Shown here one piece after another: positions 1-13,018 of a stretch of DNA of 64,000 nt. This stretch comes from Bigelowiella natans CCMP2755. Taxonomy: Eukaryota; Protista; Cercozoa. The stretch is from assembly GCA_000320545.1 (NCBI GenBank), contig ADNK01002424.1, positions 1-64,000 of the forward strand. The letters run 5' to 3'. The stretch's first letter is position 1. Each line of letters starts with the position of its first letter. A program made the translations under genes and the position numbers. The notes beneath the pieces were generated by a model. It ran no database searches and was not told the origin of the DNA. It saw nothing but the letters and a program-made list of their open reading frames with translations.

Positions 1-112
1 AGAAAAGAGATCCCACCCCTACTACCCCAATTTGTGGAAAGGGGGGGTGGGGGGGGGGGAGAGAGAGGGTGATATAAATACCAACACAATAAAATGAATG
101 GTGATAAGACGG

Positions 113-145
<33 letters not shown>

Positions 146-233
146 CGATGATAATACATATTGATAATCATCACCAATATAATTACTATTATCATTATTA
201 TCATCATAATACTAAGATTTGCTTTGCTAGTAC

Positions 234-378
234 CAAGGTTGGTCTCCTCCCCGCTGTCGGAATACTTCCCTTCCCTCTCCATACCCTCAGCAGGAGAGGA
301 GCTTGTAGCTGCTGCTTTATATCGTGTCTCAAACTAAATTACACACACACACACAGAGAGAGAGACAGACAGACAGAC

Positions 379-421
<43 letters not shown>

Positions 422-518
422 ACCATGTTAAAAGAGCTTTACTCGCCATCCAAAGGAGGCAATGTAGGGATGATATGGTGCTCGCTCATGATCATTTCAC
501 CACATCTCGTATTTCATT

Positions 519-551
<33 letters not shown>

Positions 552-813
552 GGATTTATTTGTGCTGCTGTGTACATAATACGTAATACGCACCATTTCT
601 TTGAGCTTGATAAGCTCTCTATTCTGTACTTTGGCACGTGCAAGGGGCTCTGTCTTCTGCTGCATCTCAGCAAGTCGATCCTGGCGAGATGGAGAAGGGG
701 GGAGGGGGGATAAAATGAGTATGGATAAACAATACGACAATATGATGATAGAGCTGGCTCTTGAAGAGATAGGTATCTACTGTTATTGATGATTGTCTGA
801 GCAGCATACGATT

Positions 814-861
<48 letters not shown>

Positions 862-1706
862 TCTCTCTCTCTCTCTCTTCCTTTCTCTTCCTTCTCTCTT
901 TGTGTGTACACGTGCATGCGTGCGTGCGTGCACAGAGAGAGTGAGTGAGAGAGAGAGAGAGAGAGAGAAATTTACTTTCTTCTACACAAACTGACTAATA
1001 TCATGCAAATGCTATTGAGTCGGGTGTTGTTTGTTATTGACCCTCTCCCCTGCCATGTACGTGGAATAGCACCGAAGAAACAGCGCTTTAGAGCTGAGAT
1101 ATGCACACCACCAAATCAGGAGGAGGAGGAGTAATAATGTATGATTATAGCGGTGATGTTGTTGTTGTAGTAGCATCTCTTCCAGTGATGCAGGGCTACT
1201 TAGTTATGATCGGATAGTAGTAGTAGTAGTAGTAGTAATATTAGTAGCAGGTACTACGTACCCTGAGTAGTCTTCAAGCGTCCTAGCAGCCCTTTTATAT
1301 TGCCTTTGGTTGTAGTTATCATATATCATCGGTAAAGAAACGATAATCCTCATTCTTTCGTGAGTGCTCTTCCTCCTCTCCCCTTCTCCCTCCCCTCCTC
1401 CTCTTTGAACGAATACAAGAAAGAATGAATAAATGATGGTGTACCTCAAGTCGAAGTATATTCTCGCTAGAGCCACAGCATTTCGTTCCGATTCCTATGA
1501 AGAAAGAAGCAAATAATTCCAGAAGAATGTTAACAACCTATTACCACCACAATTATCATCCTCATCATCATCTTCATCATCATCCTCATCATCATCATCC
1601 CATCCTCTCATTGGTTCCATATAGCACAAAAGCAACCATCTCGCTTTGACAGCTGCTATCCTGACGACTCCACAATTTCCCTCCCTTTCTCCATGTATGT
1701 TGTGCA

Positions 1707-1737
<31 letters not shown>

Positions 1738-1874
1738 GCTGCTGCTACAGTTACTACGTTTACCGAGATTGGACTTGTAAGATCGCTCATGGCTTTGGCA
1801 CTCGCACTAGTTGTTGCTAAAGAAGGAACATAGCACCCCATCATAATTAATGCTGTGCTGCAGTCAGTCACGAT

Positions 1875-1908
<34 letters not shown>

Positions 1909-2898
1909 CGATGACGATGGTTTCTTATCAAATAATACAATAATAAATGGGCTACTCACGAGAATCAGGTTTTATCTTTCCCTTGCCCGGCCCTAGTTTG
2001 CTATCGTCGTTCTCATCCTAATTCCATTACGAAGAAGAAAATCAAGCTGTTTTGTTTATTATGTTTCAATCTGCTTGCTCTTAGCATCTTCCTTTGCTAC
2101 ACTTCGTATTTACATGCTACACCGTAGGTCGAAATTTCTTCAGTTTTCTATTACCAAATCCATATCGCACACCAGTTCCCCCGCCCTGTGACAAGTAGTT
2201 GTGGTGCAGAAGAATATTTGAGAGGGGGGACGTTAACATTGGCGGTTGTTTGTGTTTCATTAGTATTCATGTGTCCTTGTGTTGGCATTTATCTTGTTTA
2301 TAAATGATCTTATCGACACAAGTGTATATGCATCCTAGATGTATACGTGAAAACCAGTGAATACTTAAAATAACAGTTGTGGACTATTACCACCCCGTTT
2401 ACATGCTTATATATGTGAGTCTTCTCGCATCAAAATACCATTTCGCCGCATGGGCAAGTCCTCGCTCGTATAACTCTTGTGTTGCTCGAATTAGTTGCGA
2501 CTGAAATTGTTTTACATCGCCATATATCATCGGGTGTCGCCATATTCAATCTCGTGGTTGTTGACATTTTTTGTGGTGTTGTAAGGACGTATCAACATCC
2601 TTGTAGCAGCATGTAAATGTTTTCACACACCTTGAGCCTCTCAACATCGAGGTTCTCTAGACATGCTGGCCTTGGAGGGGTTTCGAAACTAGATTCCATA
2701 CCTATACGGCAGAGACATAAAGACTGTCAAGTCTCATCATGTAGTAGTTCAATTCACGCAGACTAATAACTCGTCTATCCCCATTCGTATATATTTTACA
2801 TCTGATCATCGAAAACAACGACCACCTGTCCGGTTTGGTGAGAGTGCATTGGAGGATTGCGACTGGAAGCTTTGATCGGTGTCCTCCTGCATCATCAT
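234..2898 (-). CDS. CDC23: Anaphase-promoting complex subunit 8 (CDC23/APC8), 5' part; the gene runs off the window start
   Basis: Hand-spliced GT-AG exons (e.g. ~2439-2500, 2155-2185, 1637-1660, 1445-1494, 1262-1303, 1042-1093, 594-680, 234-333) give SQLIRATQELYERGLAHAAKWAGEL...ALARIYFDLRQYKRAARTLEDYSGSKALFLRCYSTYMAGERDRLAEMQQKTEPLARAKVQNRELIKLKEM...NL(D). This is colinear with the APC8 N-terminal domain (ERGLxxAAKW, YFDxxEYxRAA, FLxxYSxYLxGE). The start codon is approximate. Confidence 0.93.
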
Positions 2899-2960
2899 TC
2901 TCTCTTCACGGCAGGGCGAGCGTGGGGCACGAGAGAAGCTGTGATCAGTGTTAATCTTGA

Positions 2961-5900
2961 TTACTTAGACAGACACTCTTCTGCAAATAAGCTGCGATTT
3001 TGAATAAAGACAACAAAAGATTCAAGTCGTTCGATGTAAACCTCAGGTTTTACCGATTCCGTCGGAACAAACTGGGGCCGGCTCATGCAGTGTGTGTCCG
3101 CCGCTTTCGTTCTTCCCGCCAAACAAATGAGCATGCCTCGATTTTGTCGAATATATCAAGTCGCAGAAAGAAAATATCCTTGTATTTGACAATCGTCGAA
3201 TATTAAGATACCTCCTATCATATAAGTCGTAGATATTGGAAGTTTTCCGCATGGAAAATAGTCCAACGAACGCTTGTGCAACGGGATAAAGTACTTCTAA
3301 AGCACGATCACGAGGGGGCTGCACAGCGTGTCGAAGAGACTATCGTAGAGAATATGCAAGAGGGTGAACGGAAATCGAATGGAACTTTGGGAGTAATCGG
3401 TCTGAAATCTCTTCTTTTCCGCATGCTCCAAAGTCTAAAGGCTTTTGCTTTCCACAGGGGTGGGAACAATAGCGAAGGCGACCATCTTGGGGATATCCGA
3501 AACCAGCTTCTTTGACAACATAGTAGAATATAATTGTGCTAAGTGATGATGGATGATATTGATATTTTAGTACGTCACATTAAGTTGTGGGTAGGGTGAT
3601 ACGATGCTGCTTATAGGTGGTTTCGCCAAGAGGAGCACAAAACGTAAAAGACCTTCTTACAAGGCTGGGTAGCACGTCTCCGGGATCAAAAGCGAATGTA
3701 CTCACTGTTTTGAACTACTCGATTGTACATCTGCCTATCGACATAAGCCTTCGAGACTATGCATTCACGAGATGCTGACAAGCCCCTTGTTGTTAATTGT
3801 ATTACATTCAAGTATCTCATCCCAGCGAAAACCAACCAGGAGGTCGTCGATAAGGTGGTTATTTCCTTCTGAGGCCAACTACATAAAAATGCTAATTTAA
3901 AAACAAATCAATTGCCAGGCAGATTGGGTGATGCTAGCTGTTCTGCCAAAGCAGGTTGTTGTCACCTCGGTGTTAATATGCATTGCTAATTTCTTAATTT
4001 TAAGGGAAATACATTTGGGGCTCTCCTTACCACTGAGCTTTACATTGCTGAGTCTCACCCTTGCAAATATCTCTGCCTTTAACAGGCAGAGGAAGTTCTT
4101 AAAGCGTTGACTTTTACGAAGTCGCATAAAGTATTAACACTTGTCGCCACGGTTCCTTCAAAAAGCATACTTGATCTGGTAAATGTAGTAGTAATATGAT
4201 AGCGGCTGTTATCTATGCAGTTGCCATTCCGAAGTTGTTGTTTTGCATACTATTGTGAATGGGGATCAGATTGCTCCGTGTGAAACCCTATGCAGAGCTG
4301 CAGTTGCCATTCCGAAGTTGTTGTTTTGCATACTGTTGTGAATGGGGATCAGATTGCTCCGTGTGAAACCCTATGCAGAGCTGTCCCTCTACCAGCGGTA
4401 TTATTAGCTATAAATAACTACAATTTAATCCAATCATAGAAGAGAAAGAAACCTCCCGAGCTCGTGACAACCCTTAGTCTCATTTAAATAATTCAAAAGT
4501 TTCTTCTATGGCTTGGGATGTTGCTTCTCTATTGCTCCTTCCCTTCCAGGTTGCTGAGCGGTCATGTGTGACGATTGTGTCTCCCAAGGGTGAAGATTTC
4601 ACGGGTAAGTAAGATAAGAGAAGCTGTTGCATCATCATCATTTTGGCGAGGGGGAGGAGAAGACGGGTACATAGAACACAGGTTTCTTCTCTTCAAAAAA
4701 CTAGTTATCTCAAGGAGAAGTGCCAGAAGTACGATATTCCTCGGCTTCATGACCATCATCATGTAAATCATTTCTTTGTGCATTATTGTCAGGCCAAGTT
4801 TCAGATATGTTTGATCTTCTGGGAGGTATATATGCAGAGTATATACATATATGTATACCATGTTATACCTGTAGGGATGCATGAGTGTGTGCGTGCTTCT
4901 GAGAGAATATAGTATTTTATTTGTAATATAAATTGGCAGGTAGTGTAGTTGCAAGAGATGACGACGAATGCGCTATACTCCAGGTTGTTGTGAGAGATAG
5001 AAAGAAGGGGAGGGATAGATGCATCGAATTGAATGCATACCAACCATCACATTGTGCTTTCTGGGTATGTTTGTGTGTTTGTGTGTGCGAATGTCCAACG
5101 GCTTGAGTAGTTTTTCACAAGAATAAGACGAGTTGTTGGCTATATTCTCTTGGTCATCATCACTTATGAAGCATTCACTCATCATATCGCCATGTTCATA
5201 TTGAAGTCTCTTCTTTCCATTATGATCTCATAGGCAACGACGTGTTTGATGGGTCCTTTCTACCGGGTAGTTGTTGTAGTAGTAGTAGTAGTAGTAGTAG
5301 TAGCACTAGCAGCAGCAGCTTGATGACTTGCCACTTTGCGCTATTCTTGCATCTATAGTGATAATGCTTAGCAGTAGGATATAGTAATAATAGGAGTAGT
5401 AGTGATGGATGTTTAGCAACTACTAGCTTGTGTTGGGAGTACAATAACTGTTCAATTTAATACCAACTCAAAGAGATTTTGGAATTGATGATTTCTCATA
5501 ATCAAGTCGCTTTGTACTGTCTGCCCCCCTCACCAAATCCGCCAGATGCAGCAAGAATGCATGTCCTGGCTTAAGGATAAGGGAATAAACCAGAAGATTG
5601 GTATTGCACTGTGAGAGTAGTTGTGTCTATTTGTGTAGCAGTGGTATAAACATATGTTTAAAGCTAGAGTGTGTGAGTGTGTGGGAGGTGGGGCAGGATG
5701 GATCGATAATCTTTTATGCATCATATGTGTTAGAGTATATTATTAACGAAGCTATTGAAGCTGTGAGATCTTTGCGTGCATTGCAATAGACAATAATCAA
5801 GAACCTCTCCTTAATCGCTACCAACCCCTTGATTATGATGACTGTCTTTTACTTCAAATCCTAAATTCAAAATGTACGTGATGAAGGGAGTAAGTATCTA

Positions 5901-6403
5901 GCTGGCATGTTCCTTGGAATTGCTAGAGACTCGCAAACGTATTATTGTGCACAGCAACAACTAGCTACATCCGAATCATACATTAACAAGGAGACTAACT
6001 ACTACATGAGGCGAGTGAGAATACCAGGAAGAATAGAGATATTTAGAGCCCCACAACAACGTCGAATCAGAAGTTAAAAAACAATAAAACAACTAATATC
6101 ACCATCATCATGGGCAGTTATGCTCACCATTGTCGTCGTCATTATCGTTCTATTGAGAAGTGCAGTAGGAAGGAGGAAACAATCTAGCAAAGAGGAGAGG
6201 GAGGATGATGGAAAGCAAGGGGAAAGGCAGCATGGACCCTTCGAGGAGCTAGGTTGTAAGTAGATATGATTTAGGGAGTAATGGTAGTAGTAGTAGTAGT
6301 AGTAGTAGTTGGAATTGTAATAATAGCAGGATTGGAGAAGGTCTTTATAAATAGTTATGTTTGGTGCTAAGTTGATGCAGAACATCAGCCATACCTGTTT
6401 GTT

Positions 6404-6442
<39 letters not shown>

Positions 6443-6760
6443 TCATCTTTCAGTCTTAGAGCAGACCCCAGGAGGACTTAATGAGATGTGCATCAAGCAT
6501 CTCGAGGGAAAGGGTCAGTTTCCGTAGTAGCTCATCACTCACTTAAGGCCAAATCACAGTAGCAATAACTTGAATCGTGTGCCTTTGGATAATAGGGGTG
6601 CATGTGACAATAGTAAGAAAGATCTTGTGTTATTAACGTCTATCTGATCGATGTCATTGCTATCACTCGCATGCGACAGGTTGTTTCCAAGTTTACAGAG
6701 AATGTTTGGATGCTGTCCATGGGAGATTGACAAACACCAAGTAAATCTGTCACTACGCAA
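2961..6760 (-). CDS. Hypothetical multi-exon protein (approximate boundaries)
   Basis: Several stop-free segments bounded by AG/GT on the minus strand, e.g. SLRHAVQPPRDRALEVLYPVAQAFVGLFSMRKTSNIYDLYDRR, GHAFLLHLADLVRGQTVQSDLIMRNHQFQNLFEL, and a terminal ...KPEVYIERLESFVVFIQNRSLFAEECLSK*. No family recognised. Confidence 0.45.
4216..4383. repeat. Tandem duplication, 2 x 83 bp, one mismatch
   Basis: The unit tgcagttgccattccgaag...gaaaccctatgcagagc starts at 4216 and again at 4299. Confidence 0.95.
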
Positions 6761-6959
6761 GATATACTATCTATGCTGGAAAAGTATTAGAAGAGTGAAC
6801 TTGAATTTAACGACTACCCTTATATAAGTACTTCAAGCGTGTTTTCGCTGAACTTCCGATGAGTGCAGTACAAGAATGCTAGAATGTGTCTAACACTTCA
6901 CGTGCTTTTAACAAATCACACTGCTGGAAAAGCAAAAATCTACACGTTTCATTGTGTCA

Positions 6960-7760
6960 GCTTGCCCGTTCTAGCGTTGACCACAGAGTGCATCATTTAT
7001 CTACGTACGCTAATACGCTAGTGCGCGCACATGCACATGCGTGCGCTATGCATGCGTCTAGATCCAGAGATGTCTGCTAGATGCTAGACATTTGTGATGC
7101 ACACAAGATAGATTCTCGTAGCTAGGTAGGTGTAACAGCTAGCTAGCTAACATGCTAGCATGTCCAAAGAGAGGTGTACATCCCTACTAGCTAGCTAGCC
7201 TTGATCCACAGATACGCTAGCACGTCTAGACGTGCTAGCGTGCAGCGTGCTAGCGTGACTGTCTAGCTGTACCACACTGCCATTCGTCACAAATCTCGAG
7301 CTGGACATGTCGCAATGAACGATCGATGCGTGACCAGACCATCTACTAGTCACATGCTAGCTAGCATGCTCTAGTGCTAGCATGCTGTAAAACCTAGCTA
7401 GCTAGTCTTACTAGCTTATCCAGTCTAGCAGTGCTAGCTAGCTAGAGTGCCATCGAGCTAGCTAGCACTAGCTAGAGAACTTTAAAAATATAGCTATCTG
7501 GAGTGTACTAGTTTAGCATGCGGTGGTGCATCTGGCTAGCTGGCTAGACCTAGCTAGCTAGAGACAAATGCATGCACACAAGCTAGCACGGTGCATACGA
7601 AAGCATACTACTACGCGTAACCATTATGCGCACCAATGTAATCCACGCTACATACGTACGGCTAAAACATCATGCAGACGCACGCACGCTGCCATGCCAG
7701 CATGTCTAGATGATGCAAATTTCACAAAGCTAGAAAGAGCCGGCTGCTAGCAACTAACAA
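6960..7760. other. CTAG-saturated, partly TpA-depleted intergenic island with short perfect palindromes
   Basis: About 40 CTAG in ~800 nt by hand count. Includes a 28-bp perfect palindrome at 7214-7241. Confidence 0.9.
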
Positions 7761-7987
7761 CCCGCAACGCTGCCATCTGCATATACAAATTTGTCTTTTG
7801 ACTTTCCGCCGTAGTGATAATGAAGGATAACGTATGTTTTCAATATACTATCTGCTGACCAAGCCTTGGTACATTGTGGTGTAAAAACTCTTTATTTCAA
7901 AATTTCTGGTAAATGTCGTTGGTTTATAAAATACACTTTGTTTGTTGTATTTACATAAATCTTCGAGCACGTATATGCTGATGAGAG

Positions 7988-9802
7988 TTAGTCGCATCCC
8001 ACACACCACAAAGGATACGGCTGATTCATCATTTCTTCGTTGGTTTCCATAAATGAGGAGTCGGTTGGGAGGGGAACATCAAATTTCCTGGGCGCTTTGC
8101 ATTGTTCCCTGATAACATGGAAGTACCTCCATCCATGCACATCTCGTTGGCCAAGTGGACCAGACTGGACATCGAGAATCGTTCCTTTTTGGATCGGAAA
8201 GCTGATTCTACGCTTCTCGACGGGGAAAGTAGAGTTTACAGGATGAGAGCGGACGTCGTGAGAGACGATATTTGTTTCCATGTCTTTGTTCTTGAATGCC
8301 AAAAATACGTTAAGATCCCTCTTCACCGGATGGTTGAAGCCTATGTAACAAAAAAAAAAGTTGTTTTAAGTATCTTTTCAAACGCTGACAATTATTCTTC
8401 CTCTCTAGTATATTCTCTACTTACGTTCCATTTCCGTAGCTCCAGCGTAGGGACCAAGAATTTCGAATTCATGCTGACCAGTTCTGTTCCAGCCAGCCAA
8501 CTTCATGGCCGTGTTAATCCATCTCTGAGCAGGCTCGGAGAGAGCATCAACATTTTGGACAGAAGATGGGATGTAATGAGGTCTCCAGATGAAGGAGATG
8601 AACCCTCCACCGTAGTAGTCCGGCATATCAACTCCGTTCTTCCTAATATACTGATCATATATCAAGATACCTTCGTATGGATTACGTCTTTTTGCTGCAA
8701 GCTCGAAGTTCATGAATTTCATCGCATCCAGATCTTCTTTCTTCTTGATAGGCTCAAAGATGTGCGAATGCATCGTTTCTGGCTCAGGGATTTGGTCAAA
8801 GTGCATGTGAAGCTCATTGTGCCTTCGTACTCCCCATCCATGTTTATTCGCAAGTAACCCGATTGCGTGAGTCTCCGAGGGCATAGAATCCCAGATGAAA
8901 TACTCTTCCTGGATCTTTGCCATCTTCTCCACGTCGAATATCAACGCATGACTCTCCACGAAGTAATCAACCTCAATCGTCCATGATACATTTGACTTGG
9001 CAAGAGTTAGGGGTTTCTCCTTCTGAGCGAGGAATGAAGTTTTATACCAGTGGTAGTGGTCTGCTCCGTGCCACTTGGCATCGAGAAGGTGCTCAGAACT
9101 GTTGAATCTAAGCCAGAGAATGGTATTCATCGCGAAGATAGGAGTCGAATCCTTTTCGATGTTTTTCCTCTGAACGAAGGAACCAGGACCGCCCTCACGT
9201 AAGCGCTTTTCATTTGCCATGGTTGAAGCAAGCTTGTTAGTGATAAATTCAAAAGATTGATAGTTGGCATGTGTCGTAGGTATTGGGTGAATGTCGCAGT
9301 TGCATGACCACAGAAAGTCTGCTTTCTCCTCTGCAATGTTTTGGATGTATTCCAAACCAATCTTACGTGCAGAGTTCTCACCTACTGCAGCATCTCCAAT
9401 AACAAGATATGCTCCCATCGTTGTTTCAGGGGTCTGGTTTTTGACCATCTCTTCCATTTTCCATAGTTTAGCATACTTCTCATCGAATGCAAAGATGGTC
9501 TCGAAAGATTTACCAAGATACTGCTCGAAGCTATGGCATCCGATGTATAAATCTCTGGCAGTGATCACAACCACTACACTCTCCTGAGACTTCTTCTTCC
9601 CAAATGTTGCACCTTTGGAATGTGCCTGGAATTTGAATTGAGGTCCAAACGGAGTTTTCTGCCATGTAGTAAACAATTCTTCTGTAGGAGACGTACTGAC
9701 TGAGTTTTCTTTTGACAAATGTAGAGACTGTTGTTTAACAGCATCCCATACTGCTGAAACAAGGAGGGCCGAGGCCAGGAAAAGAAACCTCTGCTTTGCC
9801 AT
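7988..9802 (-). CDS. Secretory-pathway protein with a probable GT-A (GT2-like) glycosyltransferase fold; 2 exons
   Basis: The 461-aa ORF joins ORF 7988-8326 in frame through an 84-nt gtaagt...ag intron (8341-8424). It has an N-terminal hydrophobic signal/anchor and GT2-like motifs VVVVITARD, NSARKIGL, DFLWSCNCDI (DxD-like position) and VDYFVESHALIFD. The CDS is solid; the family assignment is tentative. Confidence 0.7.
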
Positions 9803-10339
9803 AGCGAAGAAAGATGGTTTGTGAGAACCCTGAGGAGGGGTGGACTAAATCTGTGAATGCAGTCTTCGAGCTTTGAAGAATACCAACGTGGATGTATTGC
9901 CTCCTCGCATTTCATCCTACGACAATGGTTATCTAAATAAATCTAAGAATAATGTAGGTCATTCTCAGATCGACAAATAAATAAATTATTAAAGTATCAA
10001 ACAATGGATTCCGGTATTCTGTCCGGAAATCTTCAAAATCTAGGTCAAACATTTAGAATTTTTTGCTACGACGTAGTGTCGAATCTCCACGTTTTGAGGC
10101 TTTCTGTTGCTATGGATTTAGTAAAAATTCTTTGTCGCAGAAACAAATGAGGATTTATTTCATTCCAGTTGCAAGTTGGTACTTGAGCGACTGGTTGCAA
10201 GCCCGCTCCAAAATCAACAAATATTGGATCGATGTTCATTGTCGCAAATGACAAACTACCATTAATTTCCTGATTTTATGAGTCTCAGGACCGTTTGATG
10301 CGTGTGAACTTCTTTGTCATTGAATTCGGCTTCGGTAGT

Positions 10340-11345
10340 TCGTTGCAGCTCAGATGTGGGTCTGGTTCACGCACTGTCGACTGTTGCAAATCGCGGTGAG
10401 CTCACTTCACTCCAGCACTTCTGCCTCCCGTGTGACACTTGCACATGCCAGCACGTTCAGTCTGCCAGTGCCAGTGGTGGGCCAGCTCCGGCAGCTAGCC
10501 AGGCCAGTGCAGCAGTGCCAGAGTGGCCCCACTGGCCCACTGGCCCACTCTGCGTGAAAACACGAACCCGACCACCCTGCACTCTGCCACTGCCAATTGC
10601 ACTGCTGGACCGACCTGCACGTTTCGCGTGGCGTTGCCGGAATGCACGAGCAGAAGGCAAGCTGCGTCAGTTTTCTTTTTGAATCATTGAATCATTGAAG
10701 TGTTCACAAACACACTTGTTCGCGGCACACTTTTGCCCAGTCGCTGCAAGCACGGAACGTGCATCGCGGTGGTCAGGTTTTTCTCCCAAGGGGTCAGGCG
10801 GGTCTGATTTTGCTTGTTTCGCCACGTGATCGTGGGCACTTGTTGCAGTTTGCTGTTTCCAGCTGCAACCGAGAATTCTCAGCAGGTGCATGCACCTGTG
10901 CCTCCCGACGTGGGATGACTTCAGTGGACGTGGTGAGGTGGTGCATGTGCCTGTTTGTTTTCTTCACTTTTTTGAGTTCCTCGCTTTTCATGTTCACTTT
11001 GGTGTTCTTTTTTCTGACTTGTGGTGTGCTAGTGTGGGGTGTGTGCAGTGTGTGGTCATGTTGATGTTCAATGTTTTGTCGTGTGTGTGGGTGTGGGCAT
11101 GGCCAACTTGGCTGGGGTGCTGACTTTTGTTTCGGTGGAGCTAGACTTGGCCTTTTTTTTCCCTCGAACTTTTTTGCACCGCCTAAGGAAGTGAAGTTCT
11201 TCTTTTGCCTGTCACATTCGAGCTTCTCGGGGTGCCCGCTGCAGTTTTGGATCCTGTTCGGGGGGGGTCAACGGCATCGGTTGGTGCCATTCTGGCATTG
11301 CGTGGATGAGGGGGTGGAGCCGAGAAGATCGCTTCTTCGAATGCG
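10340..11345. other. TpA-depleted intergenic island
   Basis: Only 4 TA in ~1000 nt, 3 of them in CTAG. CpG is abundant. Confidence 0.95.
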
Positions 11346-11799
11346 TAATCCTGGTTCCATTTGTAATATTACCCGCATGAATTTGTGACTAAAATGTTCA
11401 AAGATGTTGTTCATGTAACTAATTGCACTGCAAGACATCAACCAGATAAACTTTGGACAGAATGTCCAGGCTAGCAGGTCTGGCTCTCCGATTGTTTTTT
11501 CTTGTTTTTTTAGTCCGTTTCGTACATCGCGACAACATTTTTTATGGCATTTCATTTTATTTCCCCGCATATCACAACTATGCAAATCACTTACGGTGTA
11601 ACGACATAGCTGGGAAGTCAAGGGCGCGAACAGAATAACTAACTAACTAACTAACTAACAAGGCAGCAAGAATTCTTTCCTCTCTCTTGGCTTAGATTCG
11701 TTGTCATCCGTCCCATCCAAACATGAGGAGGCGCCAGCTTTCCATTCGTTGAAAAGCCGCACAGCCAGGGTAGAAATCCTCGGGAGAGAGGCTCCAGCT

Positions 11800-12982
11800 A
11801 TGAGACGAAACAATGCAAGTGCTGATCAACATTCGACAGGGCTTACCCCAGGAAGCATTTCTTTGCGAGGGAAAACTTCAGCAAATCGAAACGCTGGAGA
11901 CAAGTACGATGATAACGATGAAAAATCCAAGACTCGAAGATATGGAGGAAAAGTCTATCAAATAACTATTGTCGTTGGATGCTTCGTGTTGTTAATGGGT
12001 CTCATCGCACTAGGAAGTAGAAGCGTTGACGGATATGATGCCCCATCGCCTCCTACATTTTCCATAAGCGCTACCGCAGAATCGAAAGGGCATCTTTCTT
12101 ATGCTACACAGCATGAAAATAAGCCAGATGGTGGGACTGGTGGTGATATAAAACAAGATAACAAAATAAATAAGCAGTTTGCAGCTCTTGAGGATACTTC
12201 TTCATCAAGTAACCAGAATAACGATCTCCCTCCTCTCACTAAGAGGAAGCATTCAGATGGACATTATCCATTCTTCTTCTACGGCTGTGATCCTGATAAG
12301 CACACTTGCATTTCGGAGGAGGTGTCTTAATCTACACAAATACCACTTCATTGCCATCATAACAGCTATCACCGTAATTTTGTTTATATCGTCTTGCAAC
12401 TGTCACTGTTTGAGCTGTGAAATCCCTTCTTATTACACCAATTCACCAGGATTTCATGAAAATTCGAGACAGTAGGGGATTCCACGAAGTTTGGCCCATC
12501 ATTTCGCATATAAAGAAACAAGATCCAGAGCTTCTCGAGCCTAGATGCGCTGTTGGAATAGGTGTTGCCACAGGAACAGACGATCCCACGTGGAAACTGT
12601 TTCACGATGAGAAATGGACAGGTATTAGTAGGGTAGAAGAAGAGGAAGAAAAATAGACTAATCTTGGCCCACCTCAGGAGTAGCAGTGGAAGGAGGGGAG
12701 CACCTCGAGGCTGAACTCCGTTCAAAACTGGACGAATCACGTGTTGACATCAAGATAGACTTCATAACCCCCAAAACAATAAAGAATCTTACACAAAAAG
12801 CCCCACGTGACTGTACGGTAATGATAGTAGTAGTAGCAGTAGTAGTTGTTGTTGTTGTTGTAATCATTGTCGATCATTGCGTGATAGTAGAAGAATTTAT
12901 CGTGTTAGTAATACGAGCCTAATGCCGATTCATCCGTGTCGGCCAAGTAGGAGTACCAGTGGCACTAGTAAAATGGCTATTC

Positions 12983-13018
<36 letters not shown>

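Noticed and set aside
1204-1707. Possible stop-codon reassignment (adjacent ORFs broken at TAG)
   Set aside because: The TAGs are intron 3' splice sites. Standard-code splicing yields a colinear CDC23.
22-1940. ORF-track proteins with poly-M/H/V/RE runs (and similar ones across 20000-41000)
   Set aside because: These are translations of intronic microsatellites or antisense shadows of real exons.
4216-4383. CRISPR-like or tRNA-like repeat
   Set aside because: There are only two adjacent copies with no spacers and no cloverleaf, in a eukaryotic context.
8102-8857. 251-aa plus-strand ORF antisense to the glycosyltransferase
   Set aside because: It has no recognisable motifs, and the minus strand has a coherent spliced gene.
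10340-11345. CpG-methylation decay or classical RIP as the cause of the TG/CA excess
   Set aside because: CpG remains common in the islands (e.g. gcgcgcg, ttcgcgcgagcg) while TpA is the missing dinucleotide, and RIP would increase TpA. A minor CpG contribution cannot be excluded.
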